This document shows positions 11,785-24,250 of a stretch of DNA of 64,000 nucleotides, in pieces. The notes below the pieces were generated by a model. It did not search any database and was not told the origin of the DNA. It saw only the letters and a list, made by a program, of their open reading frames with translations. The stretch is taken from assembly GCA_030390025.1 (NCBI GenBank), contig JASTWF010000323.1:310001-374000 (forward strand), written 5' to 3'. This DNA is from Squalus acanthias. Its lineage: Eukaryota. Both the position numbers and the translations under genes were made by a program. Numbering within the stretch: the stretch's first letter is position 1; the number at the start of each line of letters is the position of its first letter.

Positions 11785-14665
11785 TAGAACATAGAACATA
11801 GAACAGTACTGCACAGTACAGGCCCTTCGGCCCTCGATGTTGTGCCGAGCATTGTCCGAGACCAAGATCAAGCTATCACACTCCCTATCACTCTGGTGTG
11901 CTCCATGTGCTTATCCAATAACCGCTTGAAAGTTCCTAAAGTGTCCGACTCCACTATCACAGCAGGCAGTCCATTCCACACCCCAACCACTCTCTGAGTA
12001 AAGAATCTACCTCGGACATCCCTTCTATATCTCCCCCCATGCACCTTATAGTTATGCCCCCTTGTAACAGCTGCCTCTACCCGAGGAAATAGTCTCTGAA
12101 CATCCACTCTATCTATCCCCCTCATCATCTTATAAACCTCTATTAAGTCGCCTCTCATCCTCCTCCGCTCTAAAGAGAAAAGCCCCAACTCCCTCAATCT
12201 TTCCTCATAAGACCTCCCCCCCAAACCAGGCAGCATCCTGGTAAATCTCCTTTGCACTCTTTCCAATGCTTCCACGTCCTTCCTATAGTGAGGTGACCAG
12301 AACTGCACACAATATTCCAAATGTGGTCTCACCAAGGTCCTGTACAGTTGCAGCATAACCTCACGGTTCTTAAACTCAAACCCTCTGTTAATAAACGCCA
12401 ACACACCATAGGCCTTCTTTACTGCTCTATCCACTTGAGTGACAACCTTCAGAGATCTGTGGATATGAACCCCCAGATCCCTCTGCTCCTCCACGTTCCT
12501 CAGAACCCTGCCGTTGACCCTGTAATCCTTATTCAAATTTGCCCTACCAAAATGAATCACCTCGCACTTATCAGGGTTAAATTCCATCTGCCATTTTTCG
12601 GCCCAGCTCTGCATCCTATCAATGTCTCTTTGCAGCCTACAACTGCCCTCCACCTCATCCACTACTCCACCAATCTTGGTGTCATCAGCAAATTTACTGA
12701 TCCATCCTTCAGTCCCCTCCTCCAAGTCATTGATAAAAATCACAAACAGCAGAGGACCCAGCAGCGACCCCTGTGGCACACCGCTGGTAACTGGTCTCCA
12801 GTCCGAAAATGTTCCATCCACCACCACCCTCTGCCTTCTATGAGATAGCCAGTTACTTATCCAATCGGCCAAATTTCCCTCTATCCCACAACTCCTTACT
12901 TTCTTCATGAGACGACCATGGGGAACCTTATCAAACGCCTTACTAAAATCCATGTATACGACATCAACTGCTCTACCTTCATCTACACACTTAGTTACCT
13001 CCTCAAAGAATTCAATCAAATTTGTTAGGCAAGACTTACCCTTCACGAATCCGTGTTGACTATCCCTGATTAAGTTGCCCCTTTCCAAATGGTCATAAAT
13101 CCTATCCCTCAGGACCTTTTCCATTATCTTACCAACCACCGAAGTAAGACTAACCGGCCTATAATTACCAGGGTCATTCCTATTTCCTTTCTTGAAGAGA
13201 GGAACAACATTCGCCACTCTCCAGTCCTCTGGCACCATCCCCGTGGACAGCGAGGACCCAAAGTTCAAAGCCAGAGGCTCTGCAATCTCCTCCCTTGCCT
13301 CCCAAAGAATCCTAGGATATATCCCATCTGGCCCAGGGGACTTATCGACCCTCAGGTTATTCAAAATTGCTAAAACATCTTCCCTCAGAACATCTACCAC
13401 CTCCAGCCTATCCACCTTTATCACACTCTCATCCTCAAGAGCATAGCCCCTCTCCTCGGTGAACACTGACGAAAAGTATTCATTCATCACCTCTCCTATC
13501 TCTTCTGACTCCATGCACAAGTTCCCACTACTGTCCTTGACCGGCCCTACCCTCACCCTGGTCATTCTTTTATTTCTCACATAAGAGTAAAAAGCCTTGG
13601 GGTTTTTCTTGATCCGACCCGCCAAGGACTTCTCATGCCCCCTCCTAGCTCTCCTAAGCTCTTTTTTTAGCTCATTCCTTGCTACCTTGTACCCCTCAAT
13701 CGACCCAACTGAACCTTGTTTTCTCATCCTTACATACGCTTCCTTTTTCCTCTTGACTAGACATTCAACCTCTGTTGTGAACCATGGTTCTCTCACTCGG
13801 CCATTTCCTCCCTGCCTGACAGGGACATACCTATAAAGGACACGCAGTAATTGCTCCATGAAAAAGCTCCACTTTTCGTTTGTGCCTTTCCCTGATAGTT
13901 TCTGTTCCCATCTTATACTCCCTAATTCTTGTCTAATCGCATCATAATTACCCCTCCCCCAATTATAAACCCTGCCCTGCCGTATGGCCCTATCCCTCTC
14001 CATTGCAATAGTGAAAGTTACCGAATTGTGGTCACTATCTCCAAAGTGCTCTCCCACATACAAATCAAACACTTGGCCCGGTTCATTAACCAGTACAAAA
14101 TCCAACGTGGCCCCACCTCTTGTCGGCCTATCCACATATTGTGTCAGGAAACCCTCCTGCACACACTGTGCAAAAACTATCCCATCCGAACTGTTTGACC
14201 TATAAAGGTTCCAATCAATATTTGGAAAGTTGAAGTCACCCATGACAACTACTCTGTGACCTCCACACCTATTCATAATCTGCTTTGCAATTTCTTCCTC
14301 CACATCTTTATTACTATTTGGGGGCCTTTAGAAAACTCCTAACAACGTGACCGCTCCTTTCCTATTTCTAACTTCAGCCCATATTACCTCAGACGGCAGA
14401 TCCCCCTGGAACTGCCTTTCTGCCGCTGTTAAACTATCCTTGATTAACAATGCTACTCCTCCACCTTTCTTACCAACTTCCCTACTCTTACTGAAACATC
14501 TATACCCCGGAACTTCCAACAACCATGTCCCTGTTCTAACCATGTCTCCGTAATGGCCACCACATCGTAGTCCCAAGTACCAATCCACGCTCCAAGTTCT
14601 CCTACCTTATTCCGGATGCTCCTTGCATTGAAGTAGACACACTTCAAGCCATCTTCCTGTGTGCC
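11785..14665 (-). mobile_element. Young CR1 LINE, 5'-truncated (nearly all of ORF2)
   Basis: ORF 11868-14303 has the APE C-terminus and RT (GDFNFP, SDHN, KSPGPDG, YRPVSLTS, DFSKAFD, GVPQGS, KFADD). (CATAGAA)n tail on the plus strand; TSD GGTCACA (11778-11784, 14666-14672). Stop at 14328-14330 and frameshifts further 5'. Confidence 0.95.
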
Positions 14666-15007
14666 GGTCACAGGGGGTCTAATGTGTCAAATGCTGCAGT
14701 CTGTATGGAAAACCATAAACTTTAAAATGTTTACTTTTTTTTACTGGAAATCACAACTGTGAACAAGCCAACGACGACTCGAGTCTGGATGACTCTACGT
14801 CATGTAGCGTGACATGAACCCAAGATCCCGGTTGAGGCCGTCCTCATGAGTCCGGATCAGTTTCTGCTCGATGATTTTGCGTTGTCGTGTGTCTCGAAGG
14901 CCACCTTGGAGAACGCTTACCCGCAGATCCGAGGCTGAATGTCCTTGACTGCTGAAGTGTTTCCCGACTGGGAGGTAACAATCCTGCCTGGCGATTCTTG
15001 CGCGGTG

Positions 15008-16362
15008 TCAGTTCATACGTTGTCTCAGTGTCTGCATGTTCTCGCCGATGTACCATGCCGCGGTGCATCCTTTCCTGCAACGTATGAGGTAAACAACGTT
15101 GGCCGAGTCATATGAGTATGTACCATGTACCTGGTGGGTAGTGTCCTCACGTGTGATGATGGCATATGTGTTGATGATCTGGCATGTCTTGCAGAGGTTG
15201 CCGTGGCAGGGTTGTGTGGTGTCGTGGTCGCTGTTCTCCTGAAAGCTGGGTAATTTGCTGCGAACGATGGTACATCTGACGTTAGGCGGCTGTTTGAAGG
15301 CGAGTAGTGGAGGCGTGGGTATGGCCTTAGCGAGGTGTTCGTCGTTATCGATGACATGTTTAAGGCTGCGAAGAACATGGCGTAGTTTCTCCGCTCCGGG
15401 GAAGTACTGGACGACGTAGGGTACACGGTTGGTTGTGTCCCGTGTTCGCCTTCTGAGGAGGTCTATGCGATTTTTCGCTGTGGCCCGTCGGAGCTGTCGA
15501 TCGATGAGTCGAGCGGCATATCCCGTTCTTACGAGGGCATCTTTCAGCGTCCATAGGTGTCCATCGCGTTCCTCCTCGTCTGAGCAGATCCTGTATATTC
15601 GCAGGGCTTGTCCATAGGGGATGGCTTCTTTAACGTGGTTAGGGTGGAAGCTGGAGAAGTGGACCATCGTGAGGTTGTCCGTGGGCTTACGGTAGAGTGA
15701 AGTGCTGAGGTGTCCGTCTTTGATCGAGATTCGTGTGTCCAGGAATGAAACCGATTCTGAGGAGTAGTCCATGGTGAGTTTGATGGTGGGATGGAAATTG
15801 TTGATGTTATCGTGCAGTCTTTTCAGTGATCCTTCGCCGTGGGTCCAAAGGAAGAAAATGTCTTTGATGTATCTGGTGTTCAGCGTTGGCTGGAGGTCCT
15901 GTGCAGTGAAGAAGTCTTGCTCGAACTTGTGCATGAAGATGTAGGCGTATTGGGGTGCGAATTTGGTCCCCATGGCTGTCCCGTGTGTTTGTGTAAAAAA
16001 ATGGTTGTCGAAGGTGAAGACATTGTGGGCAAGGATGAAACGGATGAGTTGTAGGATGGTGTCTGGAGATTGGCTGTTGTTGATTTTGAGTATTGAGGCT
16101 GTCGCAGCGATGCCGTCATCGTGGGGGATACTGGTGTAGAGTGCCGATACGTCCATCGTGGCGTGGAGTGTTCCTGGTTCAACTGGTCCGTGGGTGCTGA
16201 GTTTCTGTAAGAAGTCTGTGGTGTCGCGGCAGAATCTGGGGGTTCCCTGTACGATTGGTTTCAGGATGCGATCGACGTATCCAGAGAGGTTCTCACACAG
16301 GTTACCTTTGCCTGATACGATAGGACGTCCGGGTGTGGTGGCTTTGTGTATCTTTGGGAGGC
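15008..16362 (-). pseudogene. Penelope family B RT/GIY-YIG reading frame, 5'-truncated (left arm)
   Basis: Part of ORF 15008-16486. The catalytic YIDD is mutated to YIKD; the first ~40 residues of the track ORF are read from the opposite arm. Confidence 0.85.
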
Positions 16363-16381
16363 AACCAGTATCCCGCACGAT

Positions 16382-17526
16382 ACAAGTTCGAGCAAGACTT
16401 CTTTGCTGCATAGGACCTCCAGCCAACGCTGTACACCAGATACATCGACGACATTTTCTTCCTTTGGACCCACGGCGAAGGATCACTGAAAAGACTACAC
16501 AATAACATCAGCAAGTTCCATCCCACCATCAAACTCATCATGGACTACTCCTCAGAATCGGTTTCATTCCTGGACACACGAATCTCCATCAAAGACGGAC
16601 ACCTCAGCACTTCACTCTACCGTAAGCCCACGGACAACCTCACGATGCTCCACTTCTCCAGCTTCCAACCTAACCACGTTAAAGAAGCCATCCCCTATGG
16701 ACAAGCCCTGCGAATACACAGGATCCGCTCCAACGAGGACGAACGCGATGGACACCTACGGACGCTGAAAGACGCCCTTGTAAGAACGGGATATGACGCT
16801 CGACTCATCGATCGAAAGTTCCGACGGGCCAGAGCGAAAAATCGCATAGACCTCCTCAGAAGGCGAACACGGGATACAACGAACAGTGTACCCTACGTCG
16901 TCCAGTACTTCCCCGGAGCGGATAAACTACGCCATGTTCTTCGCAGCCTTAAACATATCATCGATGACGACGAACACCTTGCCACGGCCATCCCCACACC
17001 TCCAGTACTCGCCTTCAAACAGCCGCCTAACCTCAGAAGTACCATCGTTCGCAGCAAATTACCCAGCTTTCAGGAAAACAGCGACCACGACACCACACAA
17101 CCCTGCCACGGCAACCTCTGCAAGACATGCCAGATCATCAACACAGATACCATCATCACATGTGAGGAAAATACCCACCAGGTACACGGTACATACCCAT
17201 GTGACTCGGCCAACGTTGTCTACCTCATACGTTGCAGGAAAGGATGCGCCAGAGCATGGTACATTGGCGAGACCATGCAGACACTGAGACAACGTATGAA
17301 CGGACACCGCGCAACAATCGCCAGGCAGGATTGTTACCACCCAGTCGGGGAACACTTCAGTAGTCAAGGACATTCAGCCCCGGATCTGCGGGTAAGCGTT
17401 CTCCAAGGCGGCCTTCGAGACACACGACAACGCAAAATCATCGAGCAGAAACTGATAGACAAGTTCCGCACTCATGAGGACGGCCTCAACCGGGATCTTG
17501 GGTTCATGTCACGCTACATGACGTAG
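16382..17526 (+). pseudogene. Penelope family B RT C-terminus plus GIY-YIG reading frame (right arm)
   Basis: ORF 16540-17526 and upstream RYIDDIF; ends GLNRDLGFMSRYMT. Confidence 0.85.
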
Positions 17527-17754
17527 AGTCATCCAGACTCGAGTCGTCGTTGGCTTGTTCACAGATGTGATTTCCAGTAAAAAAAAAGTAAAAATTTTAA
17601 AGTTTATGTTTTCCATACAGACCGCAGCATTTGACACATTACACCCCCAGTGACCCCACCTCATTGTCTCAGTTGTATCTTGCTATGTCTCTGATGTGGT
17701 GCCTTCCAGGCTGACCTGATTGTTTCTCTGCCGAGGTGGGATGAAAGGCAATCA

Positions 17755-18070
17755 GGTGGCATAGTGGTTAGCACTTTTGCCTAACAGCGCCAGGAACCAG
17801 GGTTCGAAACCGGCCCTGGGTGACTGTCTGTGTGGAGTTTGCACATTCTCCCCGTGTCTGCATGGGTTTCCTCCGGGTGCTCCGGTTTCCTCCCACAGTC
17901 CAAAAGTTGTGCGGGTTAGATTGATTTGGCTATGATAAAATTGACCCTTAGTGTTAGTGGGGATTAAATACGTGGGGTTACGGGGATAGGGTGGGATATG
18001 TGTCGGTGCAGGCTCGATGGGCCGAAATGGCCTCTATCTGCACTGTGGGATTCTGTGATTCTGTTATGAT
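17755..18070 (+). mobile_element. tRNA-derived V-SINE (elasmobranch HE1-like)
   Basis: A box TGGCATAGTGG, B box GGTTCGAAACC (17801-17811), V-domain GTGTGGAGTTTGCACATTCTCCCCGTGTCTGCATGGGTTTCCTCCGGGTGCTCCGGTTTCCTCCCACA, CR1-like 3' tail. Absent from the mirrored left arm. Confidence 0.9.
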
Positions 18071-18289
18071 TAAATGCAGTCGTCTGACATTGTACGCTAC
18101 ACATGCATTGTTCTCTGTCTATATATGCTTTGCCGATTCGTATTCCTTCACTTCACCTGAATAAGGGGCCATCAGCTCCGAAAGCTTGTGATTTCAAATA
18201 AAACTGTTGGACTATAACCTGGTGTTGTGCGACTTCTCACTTTTGTCCACCCCAGTCCAACACCGGCATCTCCGCATCATAGCCACTAG

Positions 18290-18665
18290 GTACAGAACAG
18301 GGTTAGATACAGAGTAAATCTCCATCTACGCCTTCCCATCAAACACTCGCAGGGCAGGTAGAGCACAGGTTAGATACAGAGTAAAGCTTTCTCTGAACTG
18401 TCGCAACAAACACTCCCAGGTAAGATACAGCATGGGTTAGATAAAGAGTAATGCTCCTTCTACACTGTCCAATCCAACACTCCCAGGTGAGGTACAGCAC
18501 GGGTTAGATACAGATTGAAAATCCCTCTACATTGTGCCATCAAACAATCCCAGGGCAGATACAGCAAAGGTTACATATAGAGGATGGCTGCCTCGTCACA
18601 ATCGCATCCAGCACTCCCTGGGCAGGTACTGCACAGATTAGATACAGAGTAAAGCTCCCTCTTTC
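18290..18665. repeat. 67-bp satellite array, continuation
   Basis: Same unit and orientation as 10640-11510. Confidence 0.9.
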
Positions 18666-18689
18666 ATCCCAAACCCCCATTTTCTGCTC

Positions 18690-21600
18690 CATTCCACAAT
18701 CACTCATTTACTGTTGCCATTTCCCAATCTCCCATTTACCGGTGCATTCCCCAATTTAATGATGTCCCCCCAATCCATATTACTGCTGCCCTCCCTCAAC
18801 CCACTTTTACTGGTGCCTCCGAGCAATCACACATTTAGTGCTGCCCCCCCCCCCCCCCCCGCAATCACTCATTTACTGGTGCCTTCAGCAATCCTCCATT
18901 TTCTGGTGCCCTTCCCCCAATACAACATTTACTGGTGCCTTCCCCAGTCCCCCATGTACTGGTGCCTTCCCCTATCCACCATTTACTGGTGCCTTCACCA
19001 TTCCGCCATTTTCAGATGCCCTTCCCCCAATCCACCATTTATTGGTGCCTTTCTCAATCCCCCATTTATTGGTGCCTTCCCCAATCCCCCATTTAATGGT
19101 ACCTTACCCAATCCCACATTTACTGGTGGCTCCCACAATCACCCATTTACTGGTGCCCTCCCCCAAATCCCCATTTACTGGTGCCCTTCCCCATCCCCTA
19201 TTTACTGGTGACTTCCCCAATCCCACATTTACTGATGCCCTCCGCCAATCCCCCATTTACTGGTGCCTTCCCCAATCCCCCATTTACTGGTGCACTCCCA
19301 CAAACCCCCATTTACTGGTTCCCTTCCCCAATCCCCCATTTCCTGGCGCCCTCCCCCAATCCCCCATTTACTGGTGCCATTCCCCAATCCCACATTTACT
19401 GGTGCCTTCCACAATCCCCCATTTATTGGTGCCTTCCACAATCCCCTATTTACTGGTGCCTCCCCCAATCCCCCATTTACTGCTGTCTCCCCCAAATCCC
19501 CATTTACTGGTGCCCTTCCTCAATCCCCCATTTACTGGTGTCTTCCCCAATCCCCCATTTACTGGTGCCTTCCCCAATCCCCCATTTACTGGTGTCTCCC
19601 CCAAATCCCCATTTACTGGTGCCCTTCCTCAATCCCCCATTTACTGGTGCCTTACCCAATCCCACATTTAATGGTGCCCTCCCCCAAATCCCCATTTACT
19701 GGTGACTTCCCCAAACCCCCATTTACTGGTGCCCTCCCCCAAACCCCATTTACTGGTGCCCTTCCCCAATCCCCCATTTACTGTTGCCCTTCCCCAATCC
19801 TCTATTTACTGGTGACTTCCCCATTCCCCATTTACTGGTGGTTTCCCCAATCCCCCATTTACTGGTGCCCTTCCCCAATCCCCCATTTACTGGTGCCCTC
19901 CCCAATCCCCCATTTACTGGTGCCTTCCCCAATCCCCATTTAGTGGTGCCCTTCCCCAATCCCCCATTTACTGGTGCACTTCACCAATCCCCCATTTACT
20001 GGTGCCATTCCCCAATCCCCATTTAGTGGTGCCTCCCCCAATCCCCCATTTACTGGTGTCTCCCCCAAATCCCCATTTACTGGTGCCCTTCCCCAATCCC
20101 CCATTTACTGGTGCCATTCCCCAATCCCCATTTAGTGGTGCCTTCCCCAATCCTCCATTTACTGGTGCCTTCCCCAATCCCCCATTTACTGGTGCCCTCC
20201 CCCAAACCCCCATTTACTGGTGCACTTCCTCAATCCTCCATTTACTGGTGCCATTCCCCAATCCCCCATTTACTGGTGCCCTCCCCCAAACCTCCATTTA
20301 CTGGTGCCCTTCCTCAATCCTCCATTTACTGGTGCCATTCCCCAATCCCCATTTACTGGTGCCCTCCCCCAAACCCCCATTTACTGGTGCCCTTCCTCAA
20401 TACTCCATTTACTGGTGCCATTCCCCAATCCCCATTTACTGGTGCCCTTCCTCAAACCCCCATTTACTGGTGCGCTTCCTCAATCCAACATTTACTGGTG
20501 CCTTCATCAATGCCCCATTTACTGTTACCTTCCCCTATCCACCATTTACTGGTGCTCTCCGGCAATACCCAATTTTCAGGTGCCCTTCCCCAATCCTCCA
20601 TTTCCTGGTGCGCTTCCCCAATCCCCCATTTACTGGTGTCTCCCCCAATCCCCCATTTACTGGTGTCTTCCCCAATCCCCCATTTACTGGTGCCTTCCCC
20701 AATCCTCCATTTACTGGTGCCCTTCCCCAATCACCCATTTACTGGTGCCCTTCCCCTATCCACCATTTACTGGTGCCTTCCACAATCTCCCATTTACTGC
20801 AGCCTTCCACAATCCCCCATTTACTGGTGCCTTACCCAATCCCACATTTACTGGTGCCTCCCCCAATCCCCCATTTACTGGTGTCTCCCCCAAATCCCCA
20901 TTTACTGGTGCCCTCCCCCAAACCCCCATATACTGGTGCCCTCCCCAAAGCCCCATTTACTGGTGCCCTTCCCCAATCCCCCATTTACTGTTGCCCTTCC
21001 CCAATCCTCTATTTACTGGTGACTTCCCCATTCCCCATTTACTGGTGTTTTCCCCAATCCCCCATTTACTGGTGCCCTTCCCCAATCCCCCATTTACTGG
21101 TGCCCTCCCCAATCCCCCATTTACTGGTGCCTTCCCCAATCCCCATTTAGTGGTGCCCTCCCCAATCGCCCATTTACTGGTGCCTTCCCCAACCCTCCAT
21201 TTACTGGTGCCATTCCCCAATCCTCCATTTACTGGTGCCTTCCCCAATCCCTCATTTACTGGTGCCCTTCCCCAAACCCTCATTTACTGGTGCCATTCCC
21301 CAATCCCCATTTAGTGGTGCCTTCCCCAATCCTCCATTTACTGGTGCCTTCCCCAATCCCCCATTTACTGGTGCCCTCCCCCAAACCCCCATTTACTGGT
21401 GCCCTTCCTCAATCCTCCATTTACCGGTGCCCTCCCCCAAACCCCCATTTACTGGTGCCCTTCCTCAATCCTCCATTTACTGGTGCCATTCCCCAATCCC
21501 CATTTACTGGTGCCCTCCCCCAAACCCCCATTTACTGGTGCCATTCCCCAATCCTCCATTTACTGGTGCCTTCCCCAATCCCTCATTTACTGGTGCCCTT

Positions 21601-22390
21601 CCCCAAACCCTCATTTACTGGTGCCATTCCCCAATCCCCATTTAGTGGTGCCTTCCCCAATCCTCCATTTACTGGTGCCTTCCCCAATCCCCCATTTACT
21701 GGTGCCCTCCCCCAAACCCCCATTTACTGGTGCCCTTCCTCAATCCTCCATTTACCGGTGCCCTCCCCCAAACCCCCATTTACTGGTGCCCTTCCTCAAT
21801 CCTCCATTTACTGGTGCCATTCCCCAATCCCCATTTACTGGTGCCCTCCCCCAAACCCCCATTTACTGGTGCCCTTCCTCAATCCTCCATTTACTGGTGC
21901 CATTCCCCAATCCCCATTTAATGTTGGCTTCCACAATCCCCCATTTACTGGTGTTTTCTGACAATTCTACAATTTATTGGTGGCCTCCCCAATTCCTCCA
22001 TGTGCTGGTGCTTTCTCCATTTTCCACATTTACTGATGCTCTTCCATGTTTAGTGCTTCATTCCTCCTATTTCCCCATTAACTGGTAACCTAACCAAATT
22101 CCCCATTTATTGGGGCAGTCCTCAAATGTCCCATTTACTGGTGCCTACCCCAATTCCAACATTTTGGTGCATTCCACAGTTGGCATATTTACTGGTGCCC
22201 TCCCCCAATTAACACTTACTGGCGCCTTCCTCCAATTCCCCTATTTAATGGAACTCTCCCTATACCCGCCGTTTATTGCTACCCTCCCCCAATTCCACAC
22301 TGTACTGCTGGCAAACTCCAGTAGTTCCATTTGCTGGTCCCGTCCAATTTCTCCATTTACTGGTACCAGTCTCAATTATTCTATTCACTG
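18690..22390. repeat. 27-28-bp C-rich minisatellite (CATTTACTGGTGCCTTCCCCAATCCCC)
   Basis: About 3.7 kb of direct tandem units, homogeneous centre and degenerate edges. It explains all the proline-rich ORFs in the track here. Confidence 0.97.
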
Positions 22391-22459
22391 ATGCCCTTCC
22401 TCAACATTTTTTGATGCGACGTGAATATTTTCTTAGTTCTGTGCTTATTTATGTTCCAT

Positions 22460-22975
22460 ATTACATAAGAACATAAGAAATAGGAGCAGGAGTAGGTCAT
22501 TTGGCACTTCGATCCTGCTCCGCCATTCAGTAAGAAAATGGCTGTACTTCGACCTTATCTCCACTTTCCTGCACTATCCCCATATTCAAATATCTAGCGA
22601 ACTCTGTCTTGAATATACTCAAAGAGTGAGTGGCCACAGCCCTCTGGCGTAGACAATTCCAAAGATTCACCACCCTCTGAGGGGAGACATTTCTCCTCAT
22701 CTCAGACCTAAATGGCCGACCCCTTATTCCAAGAATGTGACCCCTGGTACTAGACTCCCCAGACAGGGGAAACATTCACCGTGCATCTACCTTGTCAAGC
22801 CGTGTAAGTATGTTATATGTTTGAATGAGATCACCTCGCATTCTTCTAAACTCTTGAAAATATAGGCCTAGTCTACTCAATCTGTCCTCATAGGACACTC
22901 CCCCCATCCCAGGAAAACAGTCTGGTGAACCTTCGTTGCACTCCCTCTCTGGAAAGTATATCCTTCCTTAGGCTG
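22460..22975 (-). mobile_element. CR1 LINE 3' fragment
   Basis: ORFs with VQRRFTRL and TRGHILGIRGRPFRSEMRRN..QRVVNLWN; (CATAAGAA) tail at about 22463. Confidence 0.85.
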
Positions 22976-23119
22976 TGTATATGTTCCATTATACACAGCC
23001 TATTGCCCAATAATGATATGTGAGATATATACTGTGAATATTCGTATTCTAATATACAATGGCCATTCATGTTCCAATATACACATGCCATTTCCCTATA
23101 TTGAACTTTACTTGTGTAA

Positions 23120-24250
23120 CTTTGAGGCTTGTTAAGAAGATGGAAGCCCGTGGAATTAAGGGGCAATCCGCGGAATGGCTACGGAATTGGCTCAGTAACA
23201 GGAAGCCGAGGGTGGGCGGATGGATGTGTTTTCAGACTGGGAGCTGGTTTGCAGTGGTGTTTCCCAAGGGTCGGTTTGGGCTCCTTTACTCTTTTTAACT
23301 TTTATAAACGACCTAGACTCGGGTGTAGGGAGCAGCATTATAAAGTTTGCAGATGATGCGAAACTTGGCAAAGTAGTAGATATCGATGATACTTGCAGAC
23401 TTCAGGATGACATAGACAGGATGAAGCAATGGGCAGAAGCAGGGCAGATGGAGATCAATGCGGAGAAGTGTGAGCTGATGCACTTTGGGGGAGTAATATG
23501 AAAAGACGGTCTGCTATAAATGGTACGATTTTTAACAGTGTAGATGAGCAGAGAGATCTCGCTGTACAGATACACAAATACTGAAATGTGGCAGAGCAAG
23601 TTGATAAAGTGGTTAACAACGCCTATGGGTTAATTGGGTTTATAGGGAGTGGAATAGAATATAAATGTAAAGTGATCATTCTAAACTCAATAAATCACTG
23701 GTTCGGCATCAGCTGGACTATTGTGGTCAATTCTGGGCACCACACTTCAGAAAAGATTTAAAGGACATAGAAATGTTGCAGAGGAGGTTAATCAGGTTGT
23801 TACCAGGGAAGAGGGGCTTCAGCTTTGAAGAGATGTTGGAAGAGTTAGGACTGCTCCTTGGAACAGAGAATGTTAACAGGTGACCTAATCGAGCTTTTCA
23901 GGAAGATGAGAGGTTTTGAGAGAGACAGCCTGTTCCCTCTGGCGAGTGGATTAATAACCAGAGGTCATAGATTTGAAATCATTGGGAAAGATCTCGAGGG
24001 GAGATGAGGAGAATTGTTTTTACTCAGAGTTGTTGGGCTCTGGGACGCTCAACTTGAAAAGGAGGCAGAAGCTGATTCCTTTAATAATTTTAAAAGGCGG
24101 TTGCATAGGTTCTTGTGGATGACTAATTGCAGGGTTCCGTCAATATCTGGGGTCGTGGGTCAAAGCACCACTGCTCTTCCAAAGAGCCAGCGTGGACATG
24201 ACTGGCTGAATGGACTCCTTCTGCTGTAAGTTGCTATGATTCTATGATTA
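23120..24250 (+). mobile_element. Decayed CR1 LINE RT/3' fragment
   Basis: SGVSQGSV..FINDLD..KFADDAKL..LQDDIDR; TTCTATGAT tail. Confidence 0.85.

Larger units (their letters stand above)
11511..18289. mobile_element. Penelope-like element (family B) inserted as a head-to-head inverted composite
   Basis: 10-bp TSD GTACAGAACA (11501-11510, 18290-18299). Minus arm 11511-11784 + 14666-16362; plus arm about 16382-18289. RT motifs LPKIHK, RPIVS, DVSALYTSIP, GTAMGT, RYIDDIF; GIY-YIG NVVYLIRC..WYIGET. Confidence 0.92.

Noticed and set aside
12321..14205. Plus-strand ORFs repeated at 29660-31544
   Set aside because: They are antisense shadows of CR1 ORF2, repeated only because the two CR1 copies are nearly identical.
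16363..16486. N-terminus of the 492-aa ORF as a novel domain fused to RT
   Set aside because: It is the antisense reading of the right Penelope arm across the inversion junction.
17755..17830. tRNA gene
   Set aside because: The A and B boxes belong to the tRNA-derived head of a V-SINE that continues into the V-domain and a LINE-like tail.
18714..22088. Long proline-rich ORFs (up to 382 aa) resembling extensin or mucin
   Set aside because: All three plus frames are open because the 27-28-bp unit lacks stops; frames interchange with unit length and no splice or start context is evident.
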